NCBI GenBank assembly: GCA_963727625.1
Contig: CAVSHR010000009.1
Coordinates: forward strand, 320,001-384,000
Direction of reading: 5' to 3'
Length of the DNA: 64,000 nucleotides
Source: an uncultured delta proteobacterium
GTDB lineage: Bacteria > Desulfobacterota > Binatia > UBA9968
Every line of letters begins with the position of its first letter. The first letter of the stretch is position 1. Made by a program: the position numbers and the translations under genes. Shown here one piece after another: positions 1-8,526 of this stretch. Under the pieces are notes generated by a model that had not been told where the DNA came from, did no database searches, and saw only the letters and a program-made list of their open reading frames with translations.

Positions 1-268
1 TAGCGATTGGAATGATGTCGAAGCTGTCGCGGATCAGAGCTTTGGAGGAAATGCCCGAGCCGATCATAGCCATGACTTCGGCATCCAGACCGTGCTTCTC
101 ATAGCGACCGGGCGCCTAACTGACGAAGATCATAATATTGCCGACGCGCACCGAGGGCACGCCGCCGCGAATTTTTTTGAGCGGCTTATTTTGCGCGCGG
201 CCCGCGCCAACGATCGCAAAAAGTAAAATTCCCGAAGCAAACGCGACAGTTAATTTAAAGCGCAACAT
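1..268 (-). CDS. ABC transporter substrate-binding protein, NMT1/THI5-like, 5' part; in-frame TAG at 118-116; runs off the window
   Basis: Manual translation MLRFKLTVAFASGILLFAIVGAGRAQNKPLKKIRGGVPSV...VS*APGRYEKHGLDAEVMAMIGSGISSKAL: signal peptide plus typical 'EKHGLDAEV' segment. Confidence 0.55.
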
Positions 269-282
269 GGCTTCATCCCGAA

Positions 283-325
283 TCGAACGACTGGAACGTT
301 TGGAACTCTTGGAACGGCTGGAACC
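283..325 (+). repeat. 9-bp tandem intergenic repeat (TGGAACGNN-like, ~5 units)
   Basis: tcgaacgac tggaacgtt tggaactct tggaacggc tggaacc. Confidence 0.75.
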
Positions 326-332
326 AATTTAA

Positions 333-2081
333 TCACACCATCTGCATATACACATCGACCAAGGCCGGTCGTTTTTCTTCTTTGATGACCTTGATCGCCC
401 GTTCCACCGCCGGGCGAATCTGCTCCGGTTCAGTGATCGGTCCCTCGCCGTGAAGACTGAAGGAGCGCGCCAAGTTGGCAAAGTCCACCGGGGGCTTGGC
501 CATTTCCATACCCACGAGTTTGTTCTCCACCGGACGGCTGCGGTGGATCGCGACCTTTTCCTGGTGCTCCACGTCGTTATAATAAACCCGATTATTGGTC
601 ATCACCGTCAACAAAGGCACGCCGGTGTTGGCCGCCGTCCACATAGCGCTAGGGGTGTAAAGCATCTCGCCGTCGCGCTGCAGGTTGACGCAGATCTTGT
701 CCGTGCCGCGGTAGGGCAGCGACGCGCCGACCGATGCCGCCGGACCGTAGCCTAGACCGCCGCCACCGTAGCCGCCGAGAAACAGACCCGGCTTGTCCCA
801 AGTCCACAAACGGCTCGGCCAGCCGCGGAATGCGCCGGCGACCAGCAGCCAATCTTCTTTTTTCAACGCTTCCCATATTTCCCAGGCCAGACGCGGCGGC
901 GCGATCGGCCGCTCGTCCCAGCGCTTCTTGAGATCTGCTTGCCAGCGCGCGTGGATTTCTTCGTGCTGCGCCGCCATCGCCTTGCGCCGGTCATCGACGA
1001 TGCTCTTGGAAAACTTTCCCTGTTTTTTGATCTCTTCAGCCAAAGCCGGGAGAAAAACTCTGGTGTTGGCGATTATAGGCAAATCCACCGGCGCCAATTC
1101 TTGAAAATCGCTGGTCCAGCTCCGCACCGAGAGATCGTTGAGCGTCACGTTGATGACCTTACAGCCGGGCTTGGTCGCCGGCAAGGTAGCGTGCGTTGCG
1201 GGGTCCTGCTTGACCAGCGCGCCGTAAAGATCGGTCATGTCCAGTCCCATGATGACGTCGGCGTTGGCGATCAGCTCGCGGTTTTTGCCGGTGAGATTGA
1301 GCGCGTGGGTGTTGGGGAAATTCAAGCGCGCGCCGCAATCGATGACCGGGATCGACAAGAGGTCGGCGAGCGCCACCAGGCTCAGCACCGCGTCGTTGTT
1401 ACGGCCGACGTAGTCGGCAAGGATCACCGGATTCTGCGCCGTCGACAATAATAGCGCCGCTTCTTTTATCGCATCGTAGTCCGCCTGCAATGGCGCCGGC
1501 GGGCGGAAGCGGCTCGGGTCGGGCAGCGGGATTTCTTTTTCGATCGCGGCCTCCTGATCGGTGACGTCGAAGCAGAGATAGACCGGCCCGCCCGGATCGC
1601 TCATGGCGATGCGATAGCCGCGCATGATCGCGGATGGAAACGCTTCGATACCCACCGGCTGGTTGTCCCACTTGACGAAGTCGCGCACCAGGTTGCCCTG
1701 CACCTGCGCGGTGTGAATCCAATCGATCCACGGCCGGCGCTTGCTCGAATTCATCGGCCCGGTGCCGCCCATGACCATCACCGGGGTGTGATCACACCAG
1801 GCGTTATAGATCGCCATCGAAGCATGCTGCAGGCCGACGACGTTGTGGACGATCGCCGGCATGATCTTGCCGGTCGCCTTGGCGTAGCCGTGCGCCACCG
1901 CTACGGCGATCTCCTCGTGACAGCAAAGAACCATTTCCGGGTTGGGCGTGCGGCCGCTTTCGTAGTTGACGAGGGAATCGTGGATGCCGCGGAAACTCGA
2001 ACCGGGATTGAGCGCGACATACTCGATGCCCAAGACCTTGAGGAGATCGACGACCAGATCGGAACCGTAACGTGCCGGCAT
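333..2081 (-). CDS. Thiamine pyrophosphate-binding protein (acetolactate synthase/benzoylformate decarboxylase-like)
   Basis: ALNPGSS, CCHEEIAVAVAHGYAKATG, RDGEMLY...NN TPP motif; ATG 2081 preceded by GGAGG. Confidence 0.9.
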   Translation of the reverse strand: MPARYGSDLVVDLLKVLGIEYVALNPGSSFRGIHDSLVNYESGRTPNPEMVLCCHEEIAVAVAHGYAKATGKIMPAIVHNVVGLQHASMAIYNAWCDHTPVMVMGGTGPMNSSKRRPWIDWIHTAQVQGNLVRDFVKWDNQPVGIEAFPSAIMRGYRIAMSDPGGPVYLCFDVTDQEAAIEKEIPLPDPSRFRPPAPLQADYDAIKEAALLLSTAQNPVILADYVGRNNDAVLSLVALADLLSIPVIDCGARLNFPNTHALNLTGKNRELIANADVIMGLDMTDLYGALVKQDPATHATLPATKPGCKVINVTLNDLSVRSWTSDFQELAPVDLPIIANTRVFLPALAEEIKKQGKFSKSIVDDRRKAMAAQHEEIHARWQADLKKRWDERPIAPPRLAWEIWEALKKEDWLLVAGAFRGWPSRLWTWDKPGLFLGGYGGGGLGYGPAASVGASLPYRGTDKICVNLQRDGEMLYTPSAMWTAANTGVPLLTVMTNNRVYYNDVEHQEKVAIHRSRPVENKLVGMEMAKPPVDFANLARSFSLHGEGPITEPEQIRPAVERAIKVIKEEKRPALVDVYMQMV

Positions 2082-2143
2082 AAAACCTCCATTGGTTAAG
2101 CGCGTCAATGAAAAGAGCTAGAGCGAAGACACCAAGAGTTTTT

Positions 2144-2219
2144 TCCCGTAAAGGCGCAAATCTCGCCAAGGTCGGAGAACCTAGAATTATTTTCTTTGCG
2201 CCTTGGCGCCTTTGCGGGA
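2144..2219. repeat. Imperfect intergenic inverted repeat (REP-like, built from CGC[A/C]AAG units)
   Basis: Left arm tcccgtaaaggcgcaaatctcgccaag; right arm ctttgcgccttggcgcctttgcggga. Confidence 0.65.
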
Positions 2220-2308
2220 GTCATCGGTTTTTGAGTTTCTTCACCAAAAAAATCGGCGCGCTGTCAGACTCTCCGTCTGCCAGCGCGCCGATAGATCACT
2301 AAATCAAA

Positions 2309-3370
2309 CTACTGCACCGGATGTGGAATGTCGATGTTGTAGAGACTTTTGACGTTGCTATAGACCAGCTTCTTGCGAATACCCGCCGGCAAGTGGCCGA
2401 GGTCGCGATCGATGAATTTTTTCGATTCCGGCCAGGTCGAGTTGCCATGCGGGTAGTCGTTGGACCACATGCAGTTGTCCTGTCCCCACCACTCGAAGTT
2501 GTGGCCCGCCACGGTGTCGCGGAAGAAGGTGCCAAAAATCTGCGTCTTGAAATACTCGCTCGGGTTTTTGGTGAACGGCGGCGGATTCACTTTCTTGAAG
2601 CGGTTATAGTAGTAGTCCCACTGCTGCATCATGAACGGCATCCAACCGATCTCGTTTTCCACGCTGACGAACTTAAGCTTCGGGTAGCGCTCCAGCACGC
2701 CGTAGAAAATCAGCTCGAAAAAGGCGTCAATGATCTCCTTGAGCTTCAGGTTGACGCTCCCGCGATAGGCTTCGACTCCCGTGCGCTTATTCCCGAATAC
2801 GGTTTCCTTGTGGTAGCCGTGGCCGGTGAGGATATGCAGATGAACCGGAATATTCAGATCCTGCGACGCCGCCCAGAACTTATTGTAGTGCTCGGAATGA
2901 AATGGCAGGTCTGGATGGGGCGCTTGCCAGATAATCGAGCCGTTCATGCCGGCCTTGGCGCAGCGCTCCAACTCTTTCACCGCCGAGTCGATATCGTAGA
3001 CCGAAATCGCCGCGATGCCTATCAGGCGCTTCGGCGAACTGTTGCAGTACTCGATCAGCCAATCGTTGTAGGCGCGAAAGCTGACTTCCTGGAGCTTGGC
3101 GTCGTCCATCGCGAAGTGCGGCAACAGGTAGGTCGGATAGAGCACCTCGGCGCTCAGACCGTCGGTTTCCATTTCTGTAATACGGTGCGTCGGGTCCGAC
3201 CCGCCCGGGTGGGTCTGAAAGCTGCTGCCGACCTCCAGCTTTGGAAAGCGTGGAACTTTGTCCTTGAAGGCCTGCGGCGCCCGCTCGGCGAGAATTTCCG
3301 AAGGCTCCATCACATGGGAGTCCGAGGAAATCAAAACTTCGAAGCCTGCATTACTGCCGTTACCAGCCAT
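2309..3370 (-). CDS. Amidohydrolase family protein (Amidohydro_2-like)
   Basis: ISSDSHVME, PVHLH, VENEIGW, WSNDYPH motifs. Confidence 0.9.
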   Translation of the reverse strand: MAGNGSNAGFEVLISSDSHVMEPSEILAERAPQAFKDKVPRFPKLEVGSSFQTHPGGSDPTHRITEMETDGLSAEVLYPTYLLPHFAMDDAKLQEVSFRAYNDWLIEYCNSSPKRLIGIAAISVYDIDSAVKELERCAKAGMNGSIIWQAPHPDLPFHSEHYNKFWAASQDLNIPVHLHILTGHGYHKETVFGNKRTGVEAYRGSVNLKLKEIIDAFFELIFYGVLERYPKLKFVSVENEIGWMPFMMQQWDYYYNRFKKVNPPPFTKNPSEYFKTQIFGTFFRDTVAGHNFEWWGQDNCMWSNDYPHGNSTWPESKKFIDRDLGHLPAGIRKKLVYSNVKSLYNIDIPHPVQ

Positions 3371-3462
3371 ACCCTTTTCCTCCTTTGCCCGATTGACTCA
3401 TGGCTCTAGACTTACTGGCAGCTCTACCACCAACTGCATCGGAGCGTCAAGGTTTTGGGAAA

Positions 3463-3532
3463 TGGGGTAATGGAATACTGGAGTGTTGGAGTATTGGGTT
3501 TAGACCCATCTCTCCACTACTCCACCACTCCA
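3463..3532. repeat. 8-bp tandem units (TGGAGTAT-like) arranged as an inverted repeat
   Basis: tggggtaa tggaatac tggagtgt tggagtat tgggt ... acccatctctcca ctactcca ccactcca. Confidence 0.7.
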
Positions 3533-3544
3533 TTCTTCAAACCT

Positions 3545-3680
3545 TTAGAACCCTCCTTCCTTCTCGAGCTTTTTAACCATCCGGTCGTCGATGATGTCTT
3601 CGACTCTGAGCTTGCGAATTGGCTCGCTGGTTCGGCCAAGTATGCGAAGCACATTGCGCCATCGCAGTCGTGCATCGGGG
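3545..3680 (-). pseudogene. C-terminal remnant of an NMT1/THI5-like substrate-binding protein
   Basis: ...RNVLRILGRTSEPIRKLRVEDIIDDRMVKKLEKEGGF* resembles the C-terminus of this family (compare ...WVKELDDEGFI of 19957..20892); no upstream body. Confidence 0.5.
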
Positions 3681-3701
3681 CGACCCGAAATAGCAGCAAA
3701 A

Positions 3702-4364
3702 TCAATCGGCGTGAATTGCGACAAAATGGTCCCACGCTCGCTCGACGGAAGTCGGCTTGAAGGTCCGCTTGGCGATTTTCTCCGCTTCGTCGCGCTCCAT
3801 GAACATCGGCGTACCGATTCGCATCGCTTCGGTTTGCAGACGCGCCGATTCTTCCAGAAATAGCGCCAATATGCAGACCTCGCGAATCGATTGCCCAACG
3901 ACAACCGCGCCGTGGCCGCGCAGCATCAGCGCCTTGGCATTGCCCAATAGCTTGGCCATTTCCCCGGCCCGCGCCGGCGTTTCGACCTGTCCCGTTCCGC
4001 TATAGAGCGGCACGCCCTCGTAGAAGATCGCGCTGTAGTTGTGCAGGGGGCGGATGGTTTGGCCGACGACGCTTAAAAGAATTACCGCCGGCGAGTGGAA
4101 ATGAAAGACCGCTTTGACACCGGGGCGGGCTTTGTAGATCGCCTGGTGCAAGGAAGACTGCGGCACGGGCTTGTCAAAGTCGACGAAGAACAATTCCTCT
4201 CTTTGGACCAGCGCCGGACTCTTGCGCGGCATGAACATCATCTCGTCGCCCCTATCGCTGCGCATACTGAGATGGGCGAAGGCGTCGCTCAATCCCTCCC
4301 GATAAATGATCCGAAGCGCCATGATGAAATCCTCTTTGACCGCGTCATAACTTTTGTCGATCAT
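3702..4364 (-). CDS. Class II aldolase/adducin family protein
   Basis: AHLSMR, LHQAIYKARP, VFHFHSP, MLRGHGAVVVG. Confidence 0.9.
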   Translation of the reverse strand: MIDKSYDAVKEDFIMALRIIYREGLSDAFAHLSMRSDRGDEMMFMPRKSPALVQREELFFVDFDKPVPQSSLHQAIYKARPGVKAVFHFHSPAVILLSVVGQTIRPLHNYSAIFYEGVPLYSGTGQVETPARAGEMAKLLGNAKALMLRGHGAVVVGQSIREVCILALFLEESARLQTEAMRIGTPMFMERDEAEKIAKRTFKPTSVERAWDHFVAIHAD

Positions 4365-4477
4365 ATTGATGTTCGCCTTTCCCCAGCGGCGTGGAATCAG
4401 TCAACACTCAGGTCCGACGCCCAAATCAGATTGATTGACAAATTAAGCAATCGTTTGGCCGGTGACAAACAACCGAA

Positions 4478-4693
4478 TCACTGCTGAGCCGCCTCGGCGT
4501 GCAATCGTATGCCCAGTGCACTGACCACTTTTAAGAATGGTGTCGAAGTCCGGACTCCGCCCACCGGCCGGACGTCTCCGGGGTTTCCTGCCGCAAGGCG
4601 TTCAATCCCGACTTGCACCCTCGCCCGCGCACGGATATCGCTCAGCTCGTCAAGCCAGCGAGCAAACGTTTCGGTCTTGCACACCTCAAGCAC
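4478..4693 (-). pseudogene. Deleted addiction-module (RelE-like killer + HTH antidote) toxin-antitoxin pair fused into one remnant
   Basis: 5' part LEVCKTETFARWLDELSDIRARARVQVGIERLAAGNPGDVRPVG matches killer-protein N-termini; 3' part (G)RSPDFDTILK/VVSALGIRLHAEAA matches antidote C-termini. Confidence 0.75.
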
Positions 4694-4698
4694 AAGCA

Positions 4699-4726
4699 AA
4701 TGTAGCCGCCAGGCTAGCACTGTCAA
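4699..4726 (-). promoter_or_regulatory. Putative sigma70 promoter with embedded palindromic operator for the TA remnant
   Basis: Minus strand TTGACA-N16-TACATT; palindrome TAGCC-N4-GGCTA at 4703-4716 lies between the boxes. Confidence 0.55.
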
Positions 4727-4964
4727 GGTCGAGGTGAACCGCCTAAAGTTATTGGGGCTTCTCGTCATAGGATCAGCGAGGACCTGCCACCCTTGTGAAA
4801 AACCGTATATGCGTCCCTGAGATTACTGAGCCCATCGCCTGAATTCAAAATCTTCGAGTGAAAAACAGTAAACTTATAGGCTCTAGATTCGATCGACTAG
4901 AAGACTATAACGATTGCTCTGCCTGGTTTCGGTATCGCCCCGATTTTTGTCTGGCGCATGGCAA

Positions 4965-5633
4965 TTAACCGTTGTTCTTGTCGGTCTGCTTGGGGTCCCA
5001 TCGCTTTCGCAGCGTTGGAAGGTCCTCGCTCACCGTGAGAATGATCACCTCATCACCCTCGCGCAGTGTGGTTTTTTCATCGGCGAAATGAAAATCGTCG
5101 TCGCGATAGTAACAGATCACTCTCGCTCCCTCCGGCAGTCCGAGCTCACCGACGGCGATGGCATCTTGCTTGCTCGTCGTGAATGTAAAGAGTCGCGCGT
5201 CGTCTTTGAGCACCGTGGAGAGCTCGATGTTATCCAGGCCGAGGGCCATGTCCATAAGATGACGGCTCACGGTCCGAGCGGGAATAATGGTATTTTCTAG
5301 GCCGAGTTCGCGGCAAACGGGCGCAAGCTGGGAATCCACGATGCTCGGCACGACCCGCTTGAAACCAAGCGATCGTCCGACCAAAGCGGCCAGTACGTTG
5401 ACCTGGTCATTGCCGGTGAGGCAAAAAAGGACGTCGGTTTTTTCCGGGTTCACTTCCTTCAGAATGGCCGGTTTAGCCCCATCGCCATGAAGGACTCCGC
5501 AATCCAATTCATCGGAGATTTGCTTCAGCTTCTCTTGATCGGCATCTACGATAACTACCTCATGACCCTGCTTGATCAGCATCCCGGCCGTGAGCACGGC
5601 CTCTTCGCTGGCGCCAACAAAGACGATTCTCAT
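4965..5633 (-). CDS. trkA: Trk potassium uptake NAD-binding subunit
   Basis: MRIVFVGA...HGDGAKPAILKE, TrkA-N + TrkA-C; ATGA overlap with trkH stop. Confidence 0.88.
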   Translation of the reverse strand: MRIVFVGASEEAVLTAGMLIKQGHEVVIVDADQEKLKQISDELDCGVLHGDGAKPAILKEVNPEKTDVLFCLTGNDQVNVLAALVGRSLGFKRVVPSIVDSQLAPVCRELGLENTIIPARTVSRHLMDMALGLDNIELSTVLKDDARLFTFTTSKQDAIAVGELGLPEGARVICYYRDDDFHFADEKTTLREGDEVIILTVSEDLPTLRKRWDPKQTDKNNG

Positions 5634-7090
5634 CTTTCCTCCAATCTCGGACCGAGCCAAGTACGCGGGTACAGCAGTACTATCCAGGCTATAAATTCGA
5701 GTCTCCCCATGAGCATGTCGACGCAGAGTATGCCCTTGAGCAGAGCGGGCAACTCGGCGCTGGTTATTCCCGTGGAAAGTCCAACCGTGCCGGTCGCGGA
5801 CACGACTTCGAAAAGAGAATCCAATGCATCGTACCCCATGAACAGGAATGCGAGCCATGACAATGTGACCACGGCGAAGAAGAGCAAAATAAGAACCAAG
5901 GCTTCACGGTGTTCGGCGGCGTCTATACGACGGCCTGCGAGGCGAGGTTCCACGAGGGCGTGGGGTGCCAGGCAAGTCCTCTGGACCACCATCTTCAACA
6001 GCTGAAAAAAGATTAGGAGGCGAAGGATCTTGAAGCCGCCGGCGGTGGAACCGGCGCCCCCACCGATGGCCATCGCCAGAATCACGATGCCTTTGGACCC
6101 CGCGGAAAGATCCGACAAAGGCATCGTCGAAAATCCCGCTGTGGTCTGAGCGGAAAAGGCCAACAGCGGACCATGGTATAAGGATTGGCTCCAAGGCAAT
6201 CGCGCCAAAACCGACATAGACAAGACCAAAAGAATCGAAATAAAAATTCCGCTCAGCACCACCGCCTTAAGTTGCAAAGAATTGACGTTCGACCGCCATT
6301 TTTGCTCGTACAGCGCATAATAAATCACCAGTGGCACGGCACCGAGGAGACATACAAGAATCACGGCAGCCTGCGTAATCCCATTCTCCAATCCCGCCAG
6401 ACTATTGCTATGCGGTGCGAAGCCCCCCGTTGACACCGCCGCAAGGCTGTAAACAACGGCGTTAAACGGTTTCATCCCCAGGGTCCACAGAAGAACGACG
6501 CTGCCCGCGGTCAAGGTGCCGTAAACGACTAGAATGCGGCGGGCGTGCGCTCTCAGGCCGCCCACCAGATCGTCATCCTGGGACTCCATCACCGCCAAAC
6601 CCTTGGCGATGCCACTTGGCTCCACGACCAAGGCAAGCGACAGCGCCATGATTCCCAAGCCGCCGTACCATTGCATCCATGCGCGCGCGTAGAGAACCGT
6701 GCTCGGCGCCCGCTCAATGGCGGCCACCGTGCTTAGCCCGGTGGTTGTGATGCCTGAGATCGTTTCGAATAGCGCGTCGACAAATTTCAATCCCGAAGCC
6801 ATGAAAGGATAAGCCATGGCCAGCGGCGCAAAAAGGAAGATCAGCGCGACCACCACCATCCCCTCGTTCGCCTGCACCCGTTTGGGTTCGCGGAGTCGGT
6901 TAAGCATGGCGCCTAGCGCGCCAAGCACAACGACGACCAGAGCATACCGCCAACCGATGTGGGTTTCTCGGAAATAGAGAGAGACACCGAATGGAATGAA
7001 GGTAAGAAAGCTCAGAACCAGGCAGAGTTCGCCAAAATACTTGAGGACAACGCGAATTCTAACCGAGTAGCTTAACGCTGTTACGTTCAC
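5630..7090 (-). CDS. trkH: Trk potassium uptake membrane protein
   Basis: SGITTTGLS, WYGGLG, STGGF, GSTAGGFK, SATGTVGLSTG, MGRLE selectivity motifs. Confidence 0.92.
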   Translation of the reverse strand: MNVTALSYSVRIRVVLKYFGELCLVLSFLTFIPFGVSLYFRETHIGWRYALVVVVLGALGAMLNRLREPKRVQANEGMVVVALIFLFAPLAMAYPFMASGLKFVDALFETISGITTTGLSTVAAIERAPSTVLYARAWMQWYGGLGIMALSLALVVEPSGIAKGLAVMESQDDDLVGGLRAHARRILVVYGTLTAGSVVLLWTLGMKPFNAVVYSLAAVSTGGFAPHSNSLAGLENGITQAAVILVCLLGAVPLVIYYALYEQKWRSNVNSLQLKAVVLSGIFISILLVLSMSVLARLPWSQSLYHGPLLAFSAQTTAGFSTMPLSDLSAGSKGIVILAMAIGGGAGSTAGGFKILRLLIFFQLLKMVVQRTCLAPHALVEPRLAGRRIDAAEHREALVLILLFFAVVTLSWLAFLFMGYDALDSLFEVVSATGTVGLSTGITSAELPALLKGILCVDMLMGRLEFIAWIVLLYPRTWLGPRLEER

Positions 7091-7202
7091 AGCATTCTCA
7101 TCTCAACACGCGGCGTTTATGCGCGTTTATGGGGCCGGATCTTTACTTTAGATGATTGCCTTCCCAATCAAGGGAAACAGTCGACTCAGACAAAAACATC
7201 TC

Positions 7203-8297
7203 TTAACTGCCCGCCATGGAATACAGCCGCCGAGGATTTGCCGACAGGATTTTCTCGATCAGCTCATCGCTCAAATCTCCCCGTTTCTTTAACCCTTGCG
7301 CGAGTTGATCCTGGCGGAACGCATCGCCATGGGGAAAATCGGTGGCGGTAACGATGAAATCGCTGCCCAGCTTGTTGATCACATGGGGCAGCTCGTCGTC
7401 GAGTGCGCAGGAGACAAAGACGCGCTCGGCGAGCCAACCGTTGATCTTCGCCCGGCGTTTTTCGCCCAATCCTTTAACCAGCCGCGGCGCCCAGTCCACG
7501 CCCGCTTCCAAAAAGGCTACGCGCAGTTTGGGAAAGTCGTCGAGCAGCGAAGATCCGAGGATCTGGTGAAAGGCGTAAAGGACGTATGGCCCGCTGATCA
7601 GTCCTTTGCCCAAGGGGTGGATTTGCGGGAACTCGTCATAGAATGGTCTTGGAACACCTTCAAACATGCGGCTGATGGTCGGGCTGGAGCCGTTGCCGAC
7701 GTGCACGGTGACGGGCAGGTCTTGCTGCGCGGCTTCTTCGAAAATCGGCCAGTGATCTCGGTGGGTCAGCGGCCGATCCAACTCGATGCCGCGCGCAAAG
7801 ATGCCTGCTACGCTGCCAAGTTTCTTGACCCGGCGAATTTCCTGAACCGCAAGTTCGGGGCGACGCCACGGAACGATGGCGACATACAGAAGGCGCCCGC
7901 CCGACTCGCCGCACTGGGCCGCCATGAATTGATTGTAGCTGCGCGCCAACGCAGCTTCCAGCTCGACATTCTCCGCAAGGCAACCGAGCCATAGAGATGG
8001 AAAAACCACCTGGATGTCGATACCCAGTTCATCCATATGGGCCAGTCGTTGTTTGACGTCCCGCATTTCCTGGACCGGGATGGACACGCCCTTGTCCTGG
8101 GCGCGTTTCATGAGCGTTGGGTTGGAAGCGAAAAAACGCAGCTTGTAGTCGATGACCCAGGCCGCATTGTGGGTGCCGAAACAGGTGTCCTCCGGGAATA
8201 CGACGGGAATCGGGCGCAGCAAGTAATATTCCGGATCGAGATGCTGCCAGCTCTCGACACTCTCTTCGACATGGGCGTCGCAATCAATGACACGCAT
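7203..8297 (-). CDS. Amidohydrolase family protein
   Basis: IDCDAHVEE, VHVG, FLEAGVDW, TDFPH. Confidence 0.88.
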   Translation of the reverse strand: MRVIDCDAHVEESVESWQHLDPEYYLLRPIPVVFPEDTCFGTHNAAWVIDYKLRFFASNPTLMKRAQDKGVSIPVQEMRDVKQRLAHMDELGIDIQVVFPSLWLGCLAENVELEAALARSYNQFMAAQCGESGGRLLYVAIVPWRRPELAVQEIRRVKKLGSVAGIFARGIELDRPLTHRDHWPIFEEAAQQDLPVTVHVGNGSSPTISRMFEGVPRPFYDEFPQIHPLGKGLISGPYVLYAFHQILGSSLLDDFPKLRVAFLEAGVDWAPRLVKGLGEKRRAKINGWLAERVFVSCALDDELPHVINKLGSDFIVTATDFPHGDAFRQDQLAQGLKKRGDLSDELIEKILSANPRRLYSMAGS

Positions 8298-8526
8298 TAC
8301 TTTTTTCTCCCGAAGCTATTTGCCGAGGCATTCGATCTAATCCGCTTTCCGCATTTCCGTCCGCTTGAACTCCTTCTGCATTTCAGACTGCGGCGCGTCC
8401 TTGCGGTAGGGTGCGGAGCTCGATCACGTGGTGCGGCTCACCCAGGTTTCTTTTCAGCAGGGAGAAGAAATAAATTATTTTTCGGCTTACGCTGCGCAAG
8501 GACAACCAAACTCATCAAAGAGCGAC

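Noticed and set aside
116-118. In-frame TAG as possible pyrrolysine or readthrough
   Set aside because: At the window edge, with nearby residues also looking degraded; error or decay is more likely
138-332. ORF ending in RIERLERLELLERLEP
   Set aside because: Translation of the 9-bp repeat, antisense to a real gene
8298-8480. Coding-like stretch upstream of the amidohydrolase
   Set aside because: Short frames with stops; no family recognisable
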